Assembly: GCA_973895155.1 (NCBI GenBank)
Contig: OZ316894.1
Location: 10,571,874-10,635,873, forward strand
Direction: 5' to 3'
DNA length: 64,000 bases
Source: Marsupella aquatica
Taxonomy: Eukaryota; Plantae; Marchantiophyta
The notes under the pieces are model-generated. The model saw only the letters and a list, made by a program, of their open reading frames with translations, was not told the DNA's origin and did no database searches. Of this stretch, positions 1-12,284 are shown piece by piece (positions within the stretch are counted from its first letter, which is position 1; the number at the start of each line of letters is the position of its first letter). A program made the translations under genes and the position numbers.

Positions 1-2261
1 GCACGATTCTTCTATGTCGCAAACGGTCTCATTCGTGTTTACTACATAAGAAATAAGTCCAATCCTGTTTGCGTCACCGCGCACCGGGACGCGCACCGGA
101 AGTCCTGAGAGGGACCGGACCCTTCACTTTTAACTCTCTTGTGCGTTATTATTAGGAGTACATTGTTTAACTCTCTTGAGAAGACATCGATATTGTCTCC
201 GCTTCGAACGACACAACAATCATCACATCGGATGTTGTCGCCCACAGAAAACACCACAATATACTTCACACTTCTCTCGATACATTTAGCCACGATTGGG
301 CCACGACCACTGCCAGTCGATGCTGTGAACCTGCGATCGTCTGACGTTCATCACGACGACGATAGCCTCTTTACGATACGACCCTCGTCCCCAGTCGAGC
401 TGAGCCGAGCGCATAGAGCGTGCTAGTACGCTACTACAGTAGTGGTCTCCGTCAATGTTCATGGCCTTGCCCTGCTCGAACCGAATCGAATCGAATCGAA
501 GCGACGGATTGCTGGAAACGTAACTCTGCAGGTACTGTTTTCTCGAATCAGAAATGTCGAGTTTTAATTTTTATGGTGTTTGCTTCTTGTGCTTCTTGTT
601 TGCACCTTCGCTACCCGCGCTGCTGCTGCGGTTACTGCATCTCAATGAGTTAGAGAGCGAGTGAGTGTGTGCTTTGTGTGAGTAATTGCTTCTTCGGTAC
701 TGGAGTGCGTATGAGTTTGGTCGCCGACCTAAGTCTTGAGGTCAAGGTTTTTCACGATGATGAGGATGAGATTGGATTTTTCCTGTGTACAGAACTTTGT
801 TTGAAGCGGCTTGACGGGAGAACAGACTCCAAGCGTAGGTTGATGGACGAGTCGGGGAGCGGTGTAGTCCGTGTTTCATCGCAGCAGCTGCGGTGTTTTG
901 GAGAGAAGCGTTTGAGCTGGGAGACGTCGCTTGATCGTCGAGCGTGAGGGGCAGGCTGGGCAAGCAGGCAGGGACGACAAGGGAGGTATCGGGCTATTTC
1001 AGCTGTCATTTTGGAAGCAGGAGCAAGCCTCGCTGTGGCGGTACGGTGGCAGATCCACGATTGGTACGATGATGGCAGAAGAGGTACGTTGCCTTCTTCG
1101 ATTTCGCGAGAGGAAAATTTGGATTTTCTATGAGTAGAGATTGGCGATGAGGACGAGCCCTGTTGCATCGCCAAAAGATCTGCATTATTAAGTCTCAGAG
1201 AACCGCGTCTCTCTTTTACTGTGGCGTCTCTGAGCCATATGATGCCAGAAGAAATGTTCTATAAAACTTAGAAATGGGAGTCACGATTACTATCGCTGGG
1301 AAGTGACTAGAACCTGCCGAATGAAAGAGCAACCTTTGCGCTACAATTTTGTCAACTTTATTTGACGTATTTTGTTGGCGAAATCGGCGGAGATCTAATC
1401 CGCGACCCAGATTATTGGATGTCTAAGAGTGGTGCTAGTGCGTGGAAAACCTCAGGGTATGTAGTTTCTGGTGAGCCTCTGAAGGCATGCTCATCGATTG
1501 AAAGCACGAACGAGCTGCCATCGAGCTTTTAGTGGTCGGGACAGAATTTTCGGGTCTCAGCACTCCCGCAGCATTCATTTCGACAGTTCAAAACCCATGG
1601 AGATCCTGAGCGCAGATCATTCGTTCGATAGGATATCAATGATATTAGGGTTTTGCGTCTACAGTATGCAGATTGTTAATCCCGGTTGCGACATTGGAAA
1701 CTGCATCCCACTCCCGCGCAAGTTAGTCTGGACGGGGAAACTAGCGCCAACTTGTTATTTCGATTCTCCCTTGTAAATTGTAGGGAATTTAATTCATGGC
1801 GTATTATAGCTATTGCTTGGGAGGGCACGCCGCGCCTTTTCCGCTAGCGTTCTTTTGCTTTCTATTGTAGCTTTTGAGAATTTGTCTCAGCTCAAATGAT
1901 TCGTGTGCCACTCTATCTGAAGTAGTCGAGATTCTAGTGTAGTCCCATTTGGACAGTGCCTCTGCAATAGGGATGTGATGGCGCAGAATGCTGGATATTC
2001 TGGTTTCCTTCGGTGTTGTTTATAAAGGAATTTCAGTAAGCAGTAGAAACCCAAATGTTGTGCAGATTCGTATCTGAAGGAGCCTCCGACTAACTTTTCT
2101 TTGGAGGGTTTTGTTTTGCACAGAAACTTGGCCACGTATCATGTTCGTTCATCTAAGACACTCAAGCTGTATTTTCGGTGGTAGCTGAATAAGCAGTAGT
2201 TTGCGTCTGGGTTCGAATGCTCAATGCTCCCAGTAACTAATGCGTTCAACAACTTCTGCAG

Positions 2262-3281
2262 ATGACAGATGCGAAGACAGAAGATGGCCTTGCCAAACTG
2301 GAGTTTCCAGAAATGGCTTTGGCTGTGGTCGGAGGAAGAAGGCCTCCTCATCAGTCAAGGTGGAAGTCTTCCGACTTGTTGGTACTCATAGCAGCCAAGA
2401 AATATGAGTTCGAGAGATTGTCTGCTTACAAGTCAAGGGACAAGACCAAATCAGCCGGGCTTCGTTGGAAGGAGGTGGAGGCTTTCTGTCGCTTAAATGG
2501 TGTCAATCGAAAGGCAGGTCAATGTCGCAAGAGGTGGGAGAAGTTAATGACTGACTTTAAAAAGGTATACGATTACCAGAAGAAGATCCCTGAGGGTCAG
2601 CCGGGATATTTTGAGATGAGTTCAGAAGAGTGGAAAATGCGAAAGCTTCCGTTGAACTTTCTTCTCGAGTGGTACAAGGCCATGGAGGCGTGGATCCCGA
2701 ATCAAAGGAGCGCACATCCCGACCCCAATCAGATAATGGATAGCACAGCTGGTGATAACTTCCCAAACCAAAGTGGTGAACCTGGAACTCCGAGTGCATC
2801 TCCATTTGCTCTCCACCTTGATGAGGAGGATATCACAGATGCGGGAGATGGCAGCCCTGAAGGCGACGAACGGATTGCCATTGGACTTGAGGAAGAAGAT
2901 GGATCCAGCCAAGGAGAAGAGCAGCTAAGGAATGACGTTAAGGGCATCAACCATATTAGTACAGGCCCAACTTTGTCAGATGCAAGGGGCTGGAAGCGAG
3001 CACGAGTAGAAAAAAGCGATGACCCATTTGTGAAGCTAGCCGGAAAATTTTTGGAAGCAGTTAGTGCAGACTCAGTGAAGAGAAACCTGTTTGAGACGGA
3101 GTACCTTGCCTTGGAAAGACAGAAGTACACAGCGGAGCTGCAAAAGCATGCCTTGAAGCAGCAAACACAGTCCGAGCAGCTTGCCCAATCTAATAAGATT
3201 TCCAGTGATATCTCGAATGCTTTAAAGGAAGTGTCTGCCAGTTTGCGGTTCTTTGCCACCGAGATTGCAAAGAAGTTGTAG
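2262..3281 (+). CDS. Trihelix / Myb-SANT-like DNA-binding protein (ASR3/SH4-like); main coding exon
   Basis: 339-aa ORF with W-x-W-x-C-x-RW trihelix signature (RWKSSDLLVLIAAKK...RWKEVEAFCRLNGVNRKAGQCRKRWEKLMTDFKKVYDYQ...YFEMSSEE...KLPLNF), acidic middle and coiled-coil C-terminus. The ATG directly follows a ttctgcag acceptor, so a small upstream exon (ATGATGGCAGAAGAG|gtacgt near 1069-1083) may add MMAEE in frame. Confidence 0.85.
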   Translation: MTDAKTEDGLAKLEFPEMALAVVGGRRPPHQSRWKSSDLLVLIAAKKYEFERLSAYKSRDKTKSAGLRWKEVEAFCRLNGVNRKAGQCRKRWEKLMTDFKKVYDYQKKIPEGQPGYFEMSSEEWKMRKLPLNFLLEWYKAMEAWIPNQRSAHPDPNQIMDSTAGDNFPNQSGEPGTPSASPFALHLDEEDITDAGDGSPEGDERIAIGLEEEDGSSQGEEQLRNDVKGINHISTGPTLSDARGWKRARVEKSDDPFVKLAGKFLEAVSADSVKRNLFETEYLALERQKYTAELQKHALKQQTQSEQLAQSNKISSDISNALKEVSASLRFFATEIAKKL

Positions 3282-4678
3282 AACCTACTTGATTTTGATA
3301 TGATGTTCTTCTACGATCCAATCTTTTTGTAGTGCAGAATTGAGTAGCAGAGGCATTATGTTACTTTGCCATCTTGTAGAAGATTAGGTGAGCAGATCTT
3401 TCTGTAAAGTACAGTGCCTATTGGTCTGTAAAGTATGCACGCATGCTGCTTGTAGCTGAAGCAGTATGTTCTTTACACATCTGTACAAATTTAGGTTGTT
3501 AGGTTCGCAGATCAGCTCTGACCTCGGAAAATCCGTATAGGGGTTCACTTTTGCAGAGGAAGTTAGATGTGAGCTTTGTGCGTTAAATCCAAGCGGGGCC
3601 AATATCCAGTCTGTAATGGAGTTACTTTTATTCTTGGTGTGGATTCCTGTCGAGAAATCTGCTCTGCATACATCTCGAGCAAGTGAAGACTGTCCTCATT
3701 TGGTTGTTGCCAGTTTTACCTTCACGGGCTCCTATCTCTGTAATTGATGAAGTTATAGAGGATTGAGACTTTACTGGGAATCTCGAATCCTGGGTGGGTT
3801 CCGACCTACTGAAGTGAACACTTCCCGTTCACGTGAATTAGGTGTCTGAAAATCTGGTTTCTTGTGTAATGAATGGATGATTTTGGTGGCATCTGGGTAG
3901 CTTGGCACTGATGATAGTCCCGGTGGCCACAGATATACTGTGTGTTTTTCGATCTGATCTGTGGTTGCGATCTTTCTGTACTTGTAAAGATTGAGTGCGG
4001 ATTGTTAAAATGCAGCTGCTGATTATTTTCTCATGGAATGTGAGAGTTGTCTGTTTAAGATTGGAAATAGTGCACTTAGCCGGAAGTGTTTAGAGTTGCT
4101 ATACATGCTTGTAAACTGACAGATGACGCTAGAGGGACAGGACGGAAAATTAATTGTTCCAGTTGCCGAATTTTTTCTATTTGGTGATGTGTATTACCAT
4201 CAGCCGCCGAAGTACCATACATTCCTGATGTTGTGACGAAAGATTGTGTACGAAAGAATTAGACTGTACACTCTTGTGTTGTGACGAAGATTCTGTAAGA
4301 GGGAATTAGGACCCCTTACATCGGGACGTTAGATTCTGTAAGAGGGAATTAGGTTCGTGGTTCAAGGCCCCACTATAACCAGCCACAGGTAATTTGCCTC
4401 GTCGAAGAGTAGACCTCCAATCTAGGCTCTCCCACTCACTTGCAATTATAGGACTGTTTATTTGCCTAGGGGAAGAGTCCTATCATGCGGTTTTCATAGA
4501 AATGAGCAATCAGCAGTAAATATCATGAGGTATGATCATTCTATGAATTTCTATGAATACTTCATGTTATTTACTGCTGAATGCTCAACAAATATGAACA
4601 GAGATGGGGTTTTTAGCCACTCCCTTCCCACCATACCCACTTTCCACGACAGGACCATTTAGATGGACGGTTCTGCCT

Positions 4679-4780
4679 ACATGATCCCTTGCTGCATCAG
4701 TGCAAACTATCCTAAACATGATCCCTTACTGCATGAGTGCAAACCATCCTAAACATGATCCCTTACATCATGAGTACAAC
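4679..4780. repeat. Minisatellite, about 37-bp unit x3
   Basis: acatgatccctt(g/a)ctgcat(c/g)agtgcaaac(t/c)atcctaa repeated in tandem; third copy degenerate. Confidence 0.8.
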
Positions 4781-6819
4781 TGTTACTTATATAAAAACGA
4801 TGTTCACGTGTGAATAAGTGTGAGACAGCAATTGCGTACTTACCATGAATGGTCAGAAACAGTTAGGGGTTTGCAACTATACATGTATTCCGCCCTCTTC
4901 GCACTTACATAAGTGGCAGAAAAGTTCAACATGATCGGGGAAAGGAGAGAAATGGAACGCCTTAAAATTAGCCAGGGTTCGCACTTCCTGGAGTGGGCAC
5001 TCCGCGAGAGCTGACAGTTCATCTGCTGGTGGGTTTACGAACTATGGCTAAACGATCAGCCATAGCGGGCCAAAGTCGAAACTGAGCCCGAGGCAGAGTG
5101 GCAACACACTTCCGGCTTTGTTTTCAACTAATCGACGCACGAAACTCTGAAACGCAAAGTTCAATCGGAACCACAGTCGATCAAACTGCGGGAAAACGTG
5201 GAAGAAACTGATACAACATGCCAAGCACCATGTACCAGCGAATGGATTGAATAACAGGCAAAAGTGACGTTTTCGGAGACTCGAGAGGCGAGGAATATCG
5301 TCAGGTACGCTTGTTAATGTCGAAAATCTGAGTTTCATTCTATAGAACACAGAGTACATGGTGCCATATCAACTTTTCATTATACAGAACACAAAGTGCA
5401 TGATGCCCATATCAACCTAACCAGTGCCGTCGAGTCAAAGCGAGCCTACTACAATGCGATATTGAACACCACAACACAGTCCAAACAGGCAGCCTCCAGC
5501 GCGTCGACGTCTAGAGATTACACCAGACGTTCGAGATCGCTCGACCTTTCGTGGTTATCGTGTAGAGCTACAGCTTCCTCGGTGTACACTTCTGCACTCT
5601 AGCAAACCAGGGAAAAACAAAAACGGAAGCAGTAGTCACATTAAGGTCCGTCTCGTAGTCATGAGATAACAGACCAGATCATAAAAGAGGCCAGATACGA
5701 TGTCAAGCAATCCAAGGCAGGGCGATCGTTTTCTTCCACGGGACTCCTGCATCTTCGCCAGGATCGAAAGAGCAAAGAGCTCCGTGAAGAAAGCGATCTC
5801 ACTGCATTGGATCACGTACGTCCCTTCCGCCACACTCGACGGATGGATGAGGAACGACGAACCGCCTCCTTTGCTATGCTATGTGCCAGACATAAAATGG
5901 AACGGCCAGATCAGCAGGCAGACACCATCACCGAAAGTGCCTACCAGAGGAATCGTGAAGCGGAGAACAAAACATACTCGACATTCAGCGAGGAGGAGCA
6001 GAAGACGGCATTGATCTCCATGGTAGAAAGGCAGAAAACACAGAAACCAAAAGCGCAACGAAACAAGTTTTCTCAAACGGAACATACAATCCTCAGCGTT
6101 CACAGACACACAGGGGCGTCATTCTAACTCCATCAATCTATGGCCATAGCTCCGTTCCTCTTCGCCCACAGAATCGGATGCCATTTGATACATCAACAAA
6201 TCCCAAGACTGGGATTGTTGCTGAGGAATGACAGAAAACAACTGAAGTGGTGAGGTTTTTATAGCCAAAAGCGAGTGCTGCGTCGTGCTGGTCCAGGTGA
6301 TACAGCATTACAGCTAGAGCGAGGTACATTGTGAGGACAAGTCGTGTCCAGGTGAACAATTAAGAGTTGTTTATCATTCTCTACATAGAGATGCGCTTTT
6401 GGTCCTGAGTCGTGCCTGACCGATGATCGGTCCGTCCTTGACTTATCGTTACACTGTAAGGTTGGTGCTGCTGCAAGGCCTCAAGGTGGCTTTACAGGGG
6501 CAATTGTAACTGTTTTTTTTACCAATGCAAATTGGAGGGTCAGTTCTTATTATGCACCCATGGGAAATTTCTTTCAACTTCACTAGCACCATGTGGCGTG
6601 TCCACTAACTAATTTTAAAGATAAACTCCAAACCAAAAATCCTTTGCATATAGGTACAAGGGCATTGTGGGCCTTGATGCCCCAGAAAACTCCATACCTG
6701 CCAGGTAAGGTATCCCGCCCAGTATTAACAAAAGGTTTACCTGCCAGGTAAGGTATACCCTAAACCCCCGGTTTGACCTTGCCCGTCAAACTGGCGGAAA
6801 ATCACCGGCAAATCGGCAA

Positions 6820-7880
6820 CCCGGCACCCGGGTTCGGGAACAGTCCGGGCCGGGATACATTCGGGAGACGATCGGACCGGGTCCGGGCCGGGTTTCGGGG
6901 GAGTTCGGGCGAGGTTCGGGGGGGATCCAGGGGGTTCGGGGGTCCGGGAGGTTCAAGTTCGGGTTCGGGGACCGGGTTCGGGGGAGCAATCCGGGGAGTT
7001 CGGCGGTCCGGGTGGGGGGTTCGGCGGTCCGGGTTTGGGGGAGCAGTCGGGTTTGGGGGAGGCTCGGGATCCAGGCTTTGTGGGGCTCGGAGGATTAGGG
7101 TTCGGGTCGCGGCCCCCTTTTTCCCGAACCCCGCCCCCCTTTCCCCGAACTCCTTTCCCCGAACCCCTTTCCCCAAACCCCTTTTTCCCGAACCCCGGAC
7201 CCCTTTCCCCAGCCCCCTTTCCCGAACCCCGCCCCCCTTCCCCCGGCCCCCTTTCCCCGGCCCCCTTTCCCCGAACCCCTTTCCCCTTTCCCCGGACCCC
7301 TTTCCCCAGCCCCCAGCCCCCTTTCCCCGAACCCCTCTCCCCTCTCCCCTTCCCCGCCCCCCTTTCCCCGGCCCCCTTTCCCCGAACCCCTTTCCCCGAA
7401 CCCCGGACCCCTTTCCCCAGTCCCAGTCCCCTCTCCCCTCTCCCCTTCCGCCGGACCCCTTTCCCCGGCCCCCGAACCCCAAACCCCGCCCCCTTTCCCC
7501 GAACCCCGAACCCCTTTCCCCTTTCCCCTTTTCCTGGCCCCCTTCCCCCGAACCCCTTTCCCCTTCCCTTTCCCCTTTCCCCGGCCCCTTTCCCCGAACC
7601 CCCGCCCCCCTTTCCCCTTCCCCCAGACCCCTTTCCCCAGACCCCTTTCCCCGGCCCCCGAACCCCTTTCCCCTTTCCCCAAAACCCCGAACTCCGAACC
7701 CCGCCCCCCTTCCCCCGGGCCCCGACCCCAAACTCAGCCCCGACCGGCTGCTACCCCGAACCGGGGTCCGGGGGAGTCCGGGAAGGGTTCGGGAAGGGTC
7801 CGGGGGAGTCCGGGAAGAGTTCGGGAATGGTCCGGGTGAGTCCGAGAAGGGTCCGGGGGAGTCCGGGTGAGTTCGGGAGA
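6820..7880. repeat. GC-rich low-complexity tract of telomere-variant units (GGGTTC / CCCCGAA / CCCCTTT)
   Basis: G-rich about 6830-7110, C-rich about 7110-7760, G-rich about 7760-7880. The long Pro/Gly ORFs here are by-products of base composition. Confidence 0.9.
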
Positions 7881-8000
7881 ATATTACCAAATATCCGTCA
7901 AATTGATCATTTTCGGGCCGTCATTTGACGGTTTGACGTGCCCGGAAAGCCGTCAACTTGCCCGTCAGGTTAAACCCTTAAATTTACCTTGCCGGTTTAC

Positions 8001-8084
8001 TTTGCCATTAAAGTTGTCCAAATTGATAATGGATAATACTATACTTTGCCATTAAAGTTGTCCAGATTGATAATGGATAATACT
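8001..8084. repeat. Tandem duplication, 44-bp unit x2
   Basis: tttgccattaaagttgtcca(a/g)attgataatggataatact at 8001-8040 and 8045-8084. Confidence 0.9.
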
Positions 8085-8379
8085 GCCATGGTTTTTTTTG
8101 TATCTAAAAATATGCCAGGGTTGAGTATAAAGATGACAAGTTCAACAAAGTAACCAAGGTGTGAATATATATAAAAAATGTTGGCATACTTGTGAATACA
8201 TTAAAAACAATGGTGGCATATTTGTTAATACAATAAAAACAATGGTGGCATATTGGTAGATACAATACAAACAATGGCAGTGTTGTAAATTAGAAAGTCT
8301 TTAGTGACAATGTAGTTAAATTTTGAGATGCAATTTGGCAACAGTAAGTGGCAAAAGGAGAATGAAGACTTGAGGTCAA

Positions 8380-8980
8380 GTATCGGAGGTAAAGCTAGGA
8401 TGTGCCAGCCCATAGTTGGATGCTGAGCACCTGTGTAGATTGTCTAACATTGGTATACACCATCCTGCCCCAGTCCTTGTACAGCCAACATTTTCCACTC
8501 ATTATATGGTCCAAATTTCATCTCAGAAATAATAAAAAATCAATGGGTCCCCAACATCTTGTAAAGCCATCATAGTTCCATGACCTCTTTGGGAGCCTTT
8601 GTGGTCCATCCATCTGACAGTGAAAGGAGCATCTCCAATCTTTACTTGGTTTGGTTACTGCATACATTCCAGTGGTGTGATCTCAGTTTGCATAAAAAAG
8701 AAGTAGTTAATTAAATTTTGGGTCTGACTCACAAACAGTTGTGTTTGTGTTGTGTTTGTCTTCCATTGCAAACATTATCATCTGAGTTTGTGGCATCAAT
8801 CTCATCTCAATTCAGTGTTATGGCTTAGCAATATTGTGGAGAAGAATGGAGCTTCTTTCTCTTGAAGCTCCAATCTCAGCCCACTTGAAAGCAAGCAAAA
8901 TGGATCAATGAGCTGCAAGGTGTGATTAAAACATTTGCGCCACTTCATTGCTCACATCCCGCTGCTTCAGACAACTGTCA
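8380..8980 (-). mobile_element. Possible highly degenerate hAT (DUF659-like) transposase remnant
   Basis: Minus-strand translation across frameshifts gives ...DAPFTVR/DGWTTKAPKEVMEL, resembling the hAT 'xxDGWT' catalytic motif, followed by VENVGCTRTGAG and HPTMGWH. Many stops and frameshifts. Confidence 0.3.
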
Positions 8981-9414
8981 AGTCGTTATGAACTGCACAA
9001 GTGCATAGCAATTTTCAAAATGTGTGTGATATCTTGACGACTTACTCTACAGGGTGGTCAAAGTCGTCAACTGATAGCAACATAAACTCTACCTTTGAAT
9101 TTGGAATGATTTATATGAACAACTTTTAGATCCTTGGCCCTACTAAGTATCCAAATTTGTATTATCAACATAAGAGACCCAAACGTGCCACAATGAACAA
9201 ACCATTAGTCTCCATGAAACTCACACACTCCTTAATATCCAGTTGTCATGTGGTTCATTCCAGCCCACACAGTCCTTGAATCCAGCTACCCTAAAGTACT
9301 GCTCTCAACCCATCACTATCTGCACCCAATCCATCACTCTCCCCATAACTTTTGATTGTTGGGCCATCTAACTAATGTTTGACAATACTTCCACTCAACA
9401 CCTCTATTGCTCCC

Positions 9415-9987
9415 TGCTATGCAAAAACATAAGGCTAGTATTCCATAACCATGCTTGTGACCAAACCTATGTGGTTACAACTATATGATTTGCAATAATA
9501 GGGGCTCTCAACTATCGACCCATTTTGCTCTTCCACAGGACACGGCCAGTGCCTCTATTGTGGTTTGCAGGTGAGCTTGACTGGTGTAGAGACTTTTTGA
9601 GCTCATTTTTTTGGTCGTGTAACAGCCAGGTGGTGATGGGAGAGGGTGTTGAGATAGACGACAATCGCAACGATAAGCACATAACACATCCAACGTGCAA
9701 GTAGTCGACACAAGAGATATGTGGTTCACCTCCTCAAGACTATGTCCACGGGAACACACAAGAGAGCTTTATTGAACTTTAAGTTGTCGACCATACAAGG
9801 TCTCCATACTATAAGCTCTACTCATCTTTCAAGTGGCTCCGTAACAATGAGCCTTAGTTTCACTTATCCAAGCAAACACCGTTTGGCATATAGTGTGCAT
9901 CCTAGTTAACCTAACCATGTCTCCAACTGCGGTTAGCCTAACTACGGTTACATGTCATAACCCTAGACCTTGAGTAAATACCTAACA
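9415..9987. mobile_element. LTR-like dispersed repeat (copy A); left boundary approximate
   Basis: 3' end (gcaaacaccgtttgg...ttaacctaacc...ggttagcc..taact.....ctagacct...taaca) is homologous to 27370-27488 and ends in TAACA. Confidence 0.45.
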
Positions 9988-11854
9988 GGGGGCCTGGTCT
10001 TTGGGAAACAGTAAAATCCAGCGGCACAAGGGTGCGGGCAAGGCTCAAGGAGTGCTGCACATTTTCTGGCTCCACCCCTCCGGACCCAAACCCCTACTCC
10101 TGAGACTGTCCGCGGAGCTATATTTGACACCCCCTAGTGTATGACACTGGTAATAACATTGTTTTTACAATAATGTGGACAAAAGTTGAGGACAATAAGG
10201 TTTGTGGGGCCATTTGTGGCCCCATCACAATCTAAGTAATAAAGATCATCCAAACCTACTTCCTGGGCCTATTGTCTAGTAGATTCAGCCTCCATACGGT
10301 AACTCTAAGTGAGTGCATTACTGAAAGTGAGAGTGCAAACAAAAATTAGAGATGGGGTAAAGATGAATAGAATATAAAGGGGACTCCTTTTTCTGTAAGG
10401 TGTTTTCTGTCCTTTCCTCATCTCTAAACAGGTTCAAGGGGCAAGTAATCAGGCTAGTACTAAGTAAAGTTCAGCCCCAATCTTACTGTTAAATCGGAAT
10501 GTGAAGCTACTTTGAAGGCCTACCTCTAAACTAAAGCCCGTGACTTAGGGGCTGATAATCAAATTAGGAGTGGGGTGAAAAACAGGGATTGGGGGTACAG
10601 TTGTGCTGGAAGTAGTGCACTGCATTTGCAAACAGGGCTGCCTATGAAGAGAGTCAATGGATTAGGGATACTGCCTGTGAGGAGGTCAACTGCAGCTTTT
10701 TTTTAAGTGGCAAAATTTTGCCAAATTCCACCTCCCCAAAAAGCTTTTGCCAGGTTTGCCAAAATTCACTATTTTTTTCTCTCTCATTAGCCAGTGTCCC
10801 ACCTAATCACAAGCCCCATTAGCCAGAATCTAGGGAGATCTGCCAGTCAGGAAAATAATCAGATAAGGAATATTTTGAGCAACTTCTCCTTCACACATTG
10901 GACATTCGTCGCTCTAGGAAAAAAGTTAAAAAGTTAAAAAAAAATACAATGGTCAGCTAGAGTCATCAAGGGTCGAGAGCTGTGGTAAAATGGCCAGCTC
11001 TTCTTCAATTACTTGAACAACCTCTGGTCAGCTGCTGTCATTGAGGGTCAATACTTTTTTATCCTCACTTCTATTCAAGTTCAAAGGACGGATAGTCGGG
11101 CTACTGAATTGTTTATTTAGGTTCAAAGAACCAAATTAGGCTAGTACTAAGTAAAGTACCTCTACTCCGTGACTCTAATTGAGGGCATGACTCAAAGCAC
11201 GGGTGTACACAAAAAGTGAGGGTGTAGACACAAAACAGGGAGGGGGGCAAAGTTAGAAAGCAAATAACATTGATTCTTTTATACAAGCTTTTTCTCCTTT
11301 GCATCTCTGGTTACCTTGAAAGGAACTGGTAATAGGTTTCTTTGTGGGTTTTTGTTATTGTCTTTGTTCCTTTGTTGTTGTGGGGGGCTACATCACTTGT
11401 TCAACCTCTTTGGTCTTATTTAGGGCCTCCCCCGCCCCCCCCCCCCCCCCCCCCCCCCTGTCATTGGGCTGCTTTGCCATTGGGACCCTGTCTCCTGGTT
11501 TGGAGTTTTTTTCCTTTGGCACTCTGATATATCTTACTAATAAATTGCAAACAACAACTAGATTTGGGGTCTAGGCTTCTAGACTGAAGCCTTTAGACTG
11601 TCACTCTAGGGCCCCACCAAAACTTGCACATGAAATAGGATATATGTATGTCAAAATGAAACATGCACAATGATTTTCGTCCTCTTTCCTTTTAATATTT
11701 GTCATAGTTGCTAGTAACATTAAAAGAATGGGGATTCAGGCTCCTGCTAAGTATGCTAAGTAGAGTGGTTGTTGGTCCGGTTCCTTATGTGGGTCTGGCC
11801 GGTTATTCCCCTATTTAATTCATTGGGTTTGCTTTTCTGATGAATAAAGTGCTA

Positions 11855-12230
11855 ACAGTATGCTAAGTAAAGTGCAGCCAAGAAATTTGTTTTTGTTTGG
11901 AGTATGCCAAGTAAAGTGCAGTCAACAAATTTGTTTTTGTTCGGAGTATGCTAATAAGTAAAGTGCAGCCAATAAATTTGTTTTTGTTCAGAGTATGCTA
12001 AGTAAAGTGCAGCCAATAAATTTGTTTTCTTCGGAGTATGCTAATAAGTAAAGTGCAGCCAATAAATTTGTTTTTGTTCATTCGGAGTATGCTAAGTAAA
12101 GTGCAGCCAATAAATTTGTTTTTGTTCATTCAGAGTATGCCAAGTAAAGGTGCAGCAAGTAAATTTGTTTTTGTCCATTCAGAGTATGCTAATTAAAGTG
12201 CAGCCAACCAATAAATTTGTTTTTGTTCCA
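11855..12230. repeat. Minisatellite, about 41-47-bp unit x8-9
   Basis: gagtatgctaagtaaagtgcagccaataaatttgtttttgttc repeated in tandem with small indels. Confidence 0.92.
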
Positions 12231-12284
12231 CGCTTGCGTTTCGCTACACGACTTCTGTCCGTGCCACCTGCGGTCCGGGCCGTA

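Noticed and set aside
2729-3259. 176-aa antisense ORF, and similar ORFs antisense to PAT1 and RopGEF
   Set aside because: Shadow ORFs of real coding exons
190-4260. Weak inverted similarity between about 200-230 and 4224-4256, flanking the trihelix gene
   Set aside because: Too short and degenerate to call TIRs; no TSD
6773-7928. Long Pro/Gly-rich ORFs (365, 362 and 297 aa) resembling extensin or collagen
   Set aside because: Open in several frames on both strands only because the repeat lacks stop codons; no ATG start or signal peptide
11855-12230. CRISPR-like appearance of regularly spaced repeats (also 54648-54905 and 18985-19260)
   Set aside because: Units are contiguous with no unique spacers, there are no cas genes, and the DNA is eukaryotic; these are minisatellites
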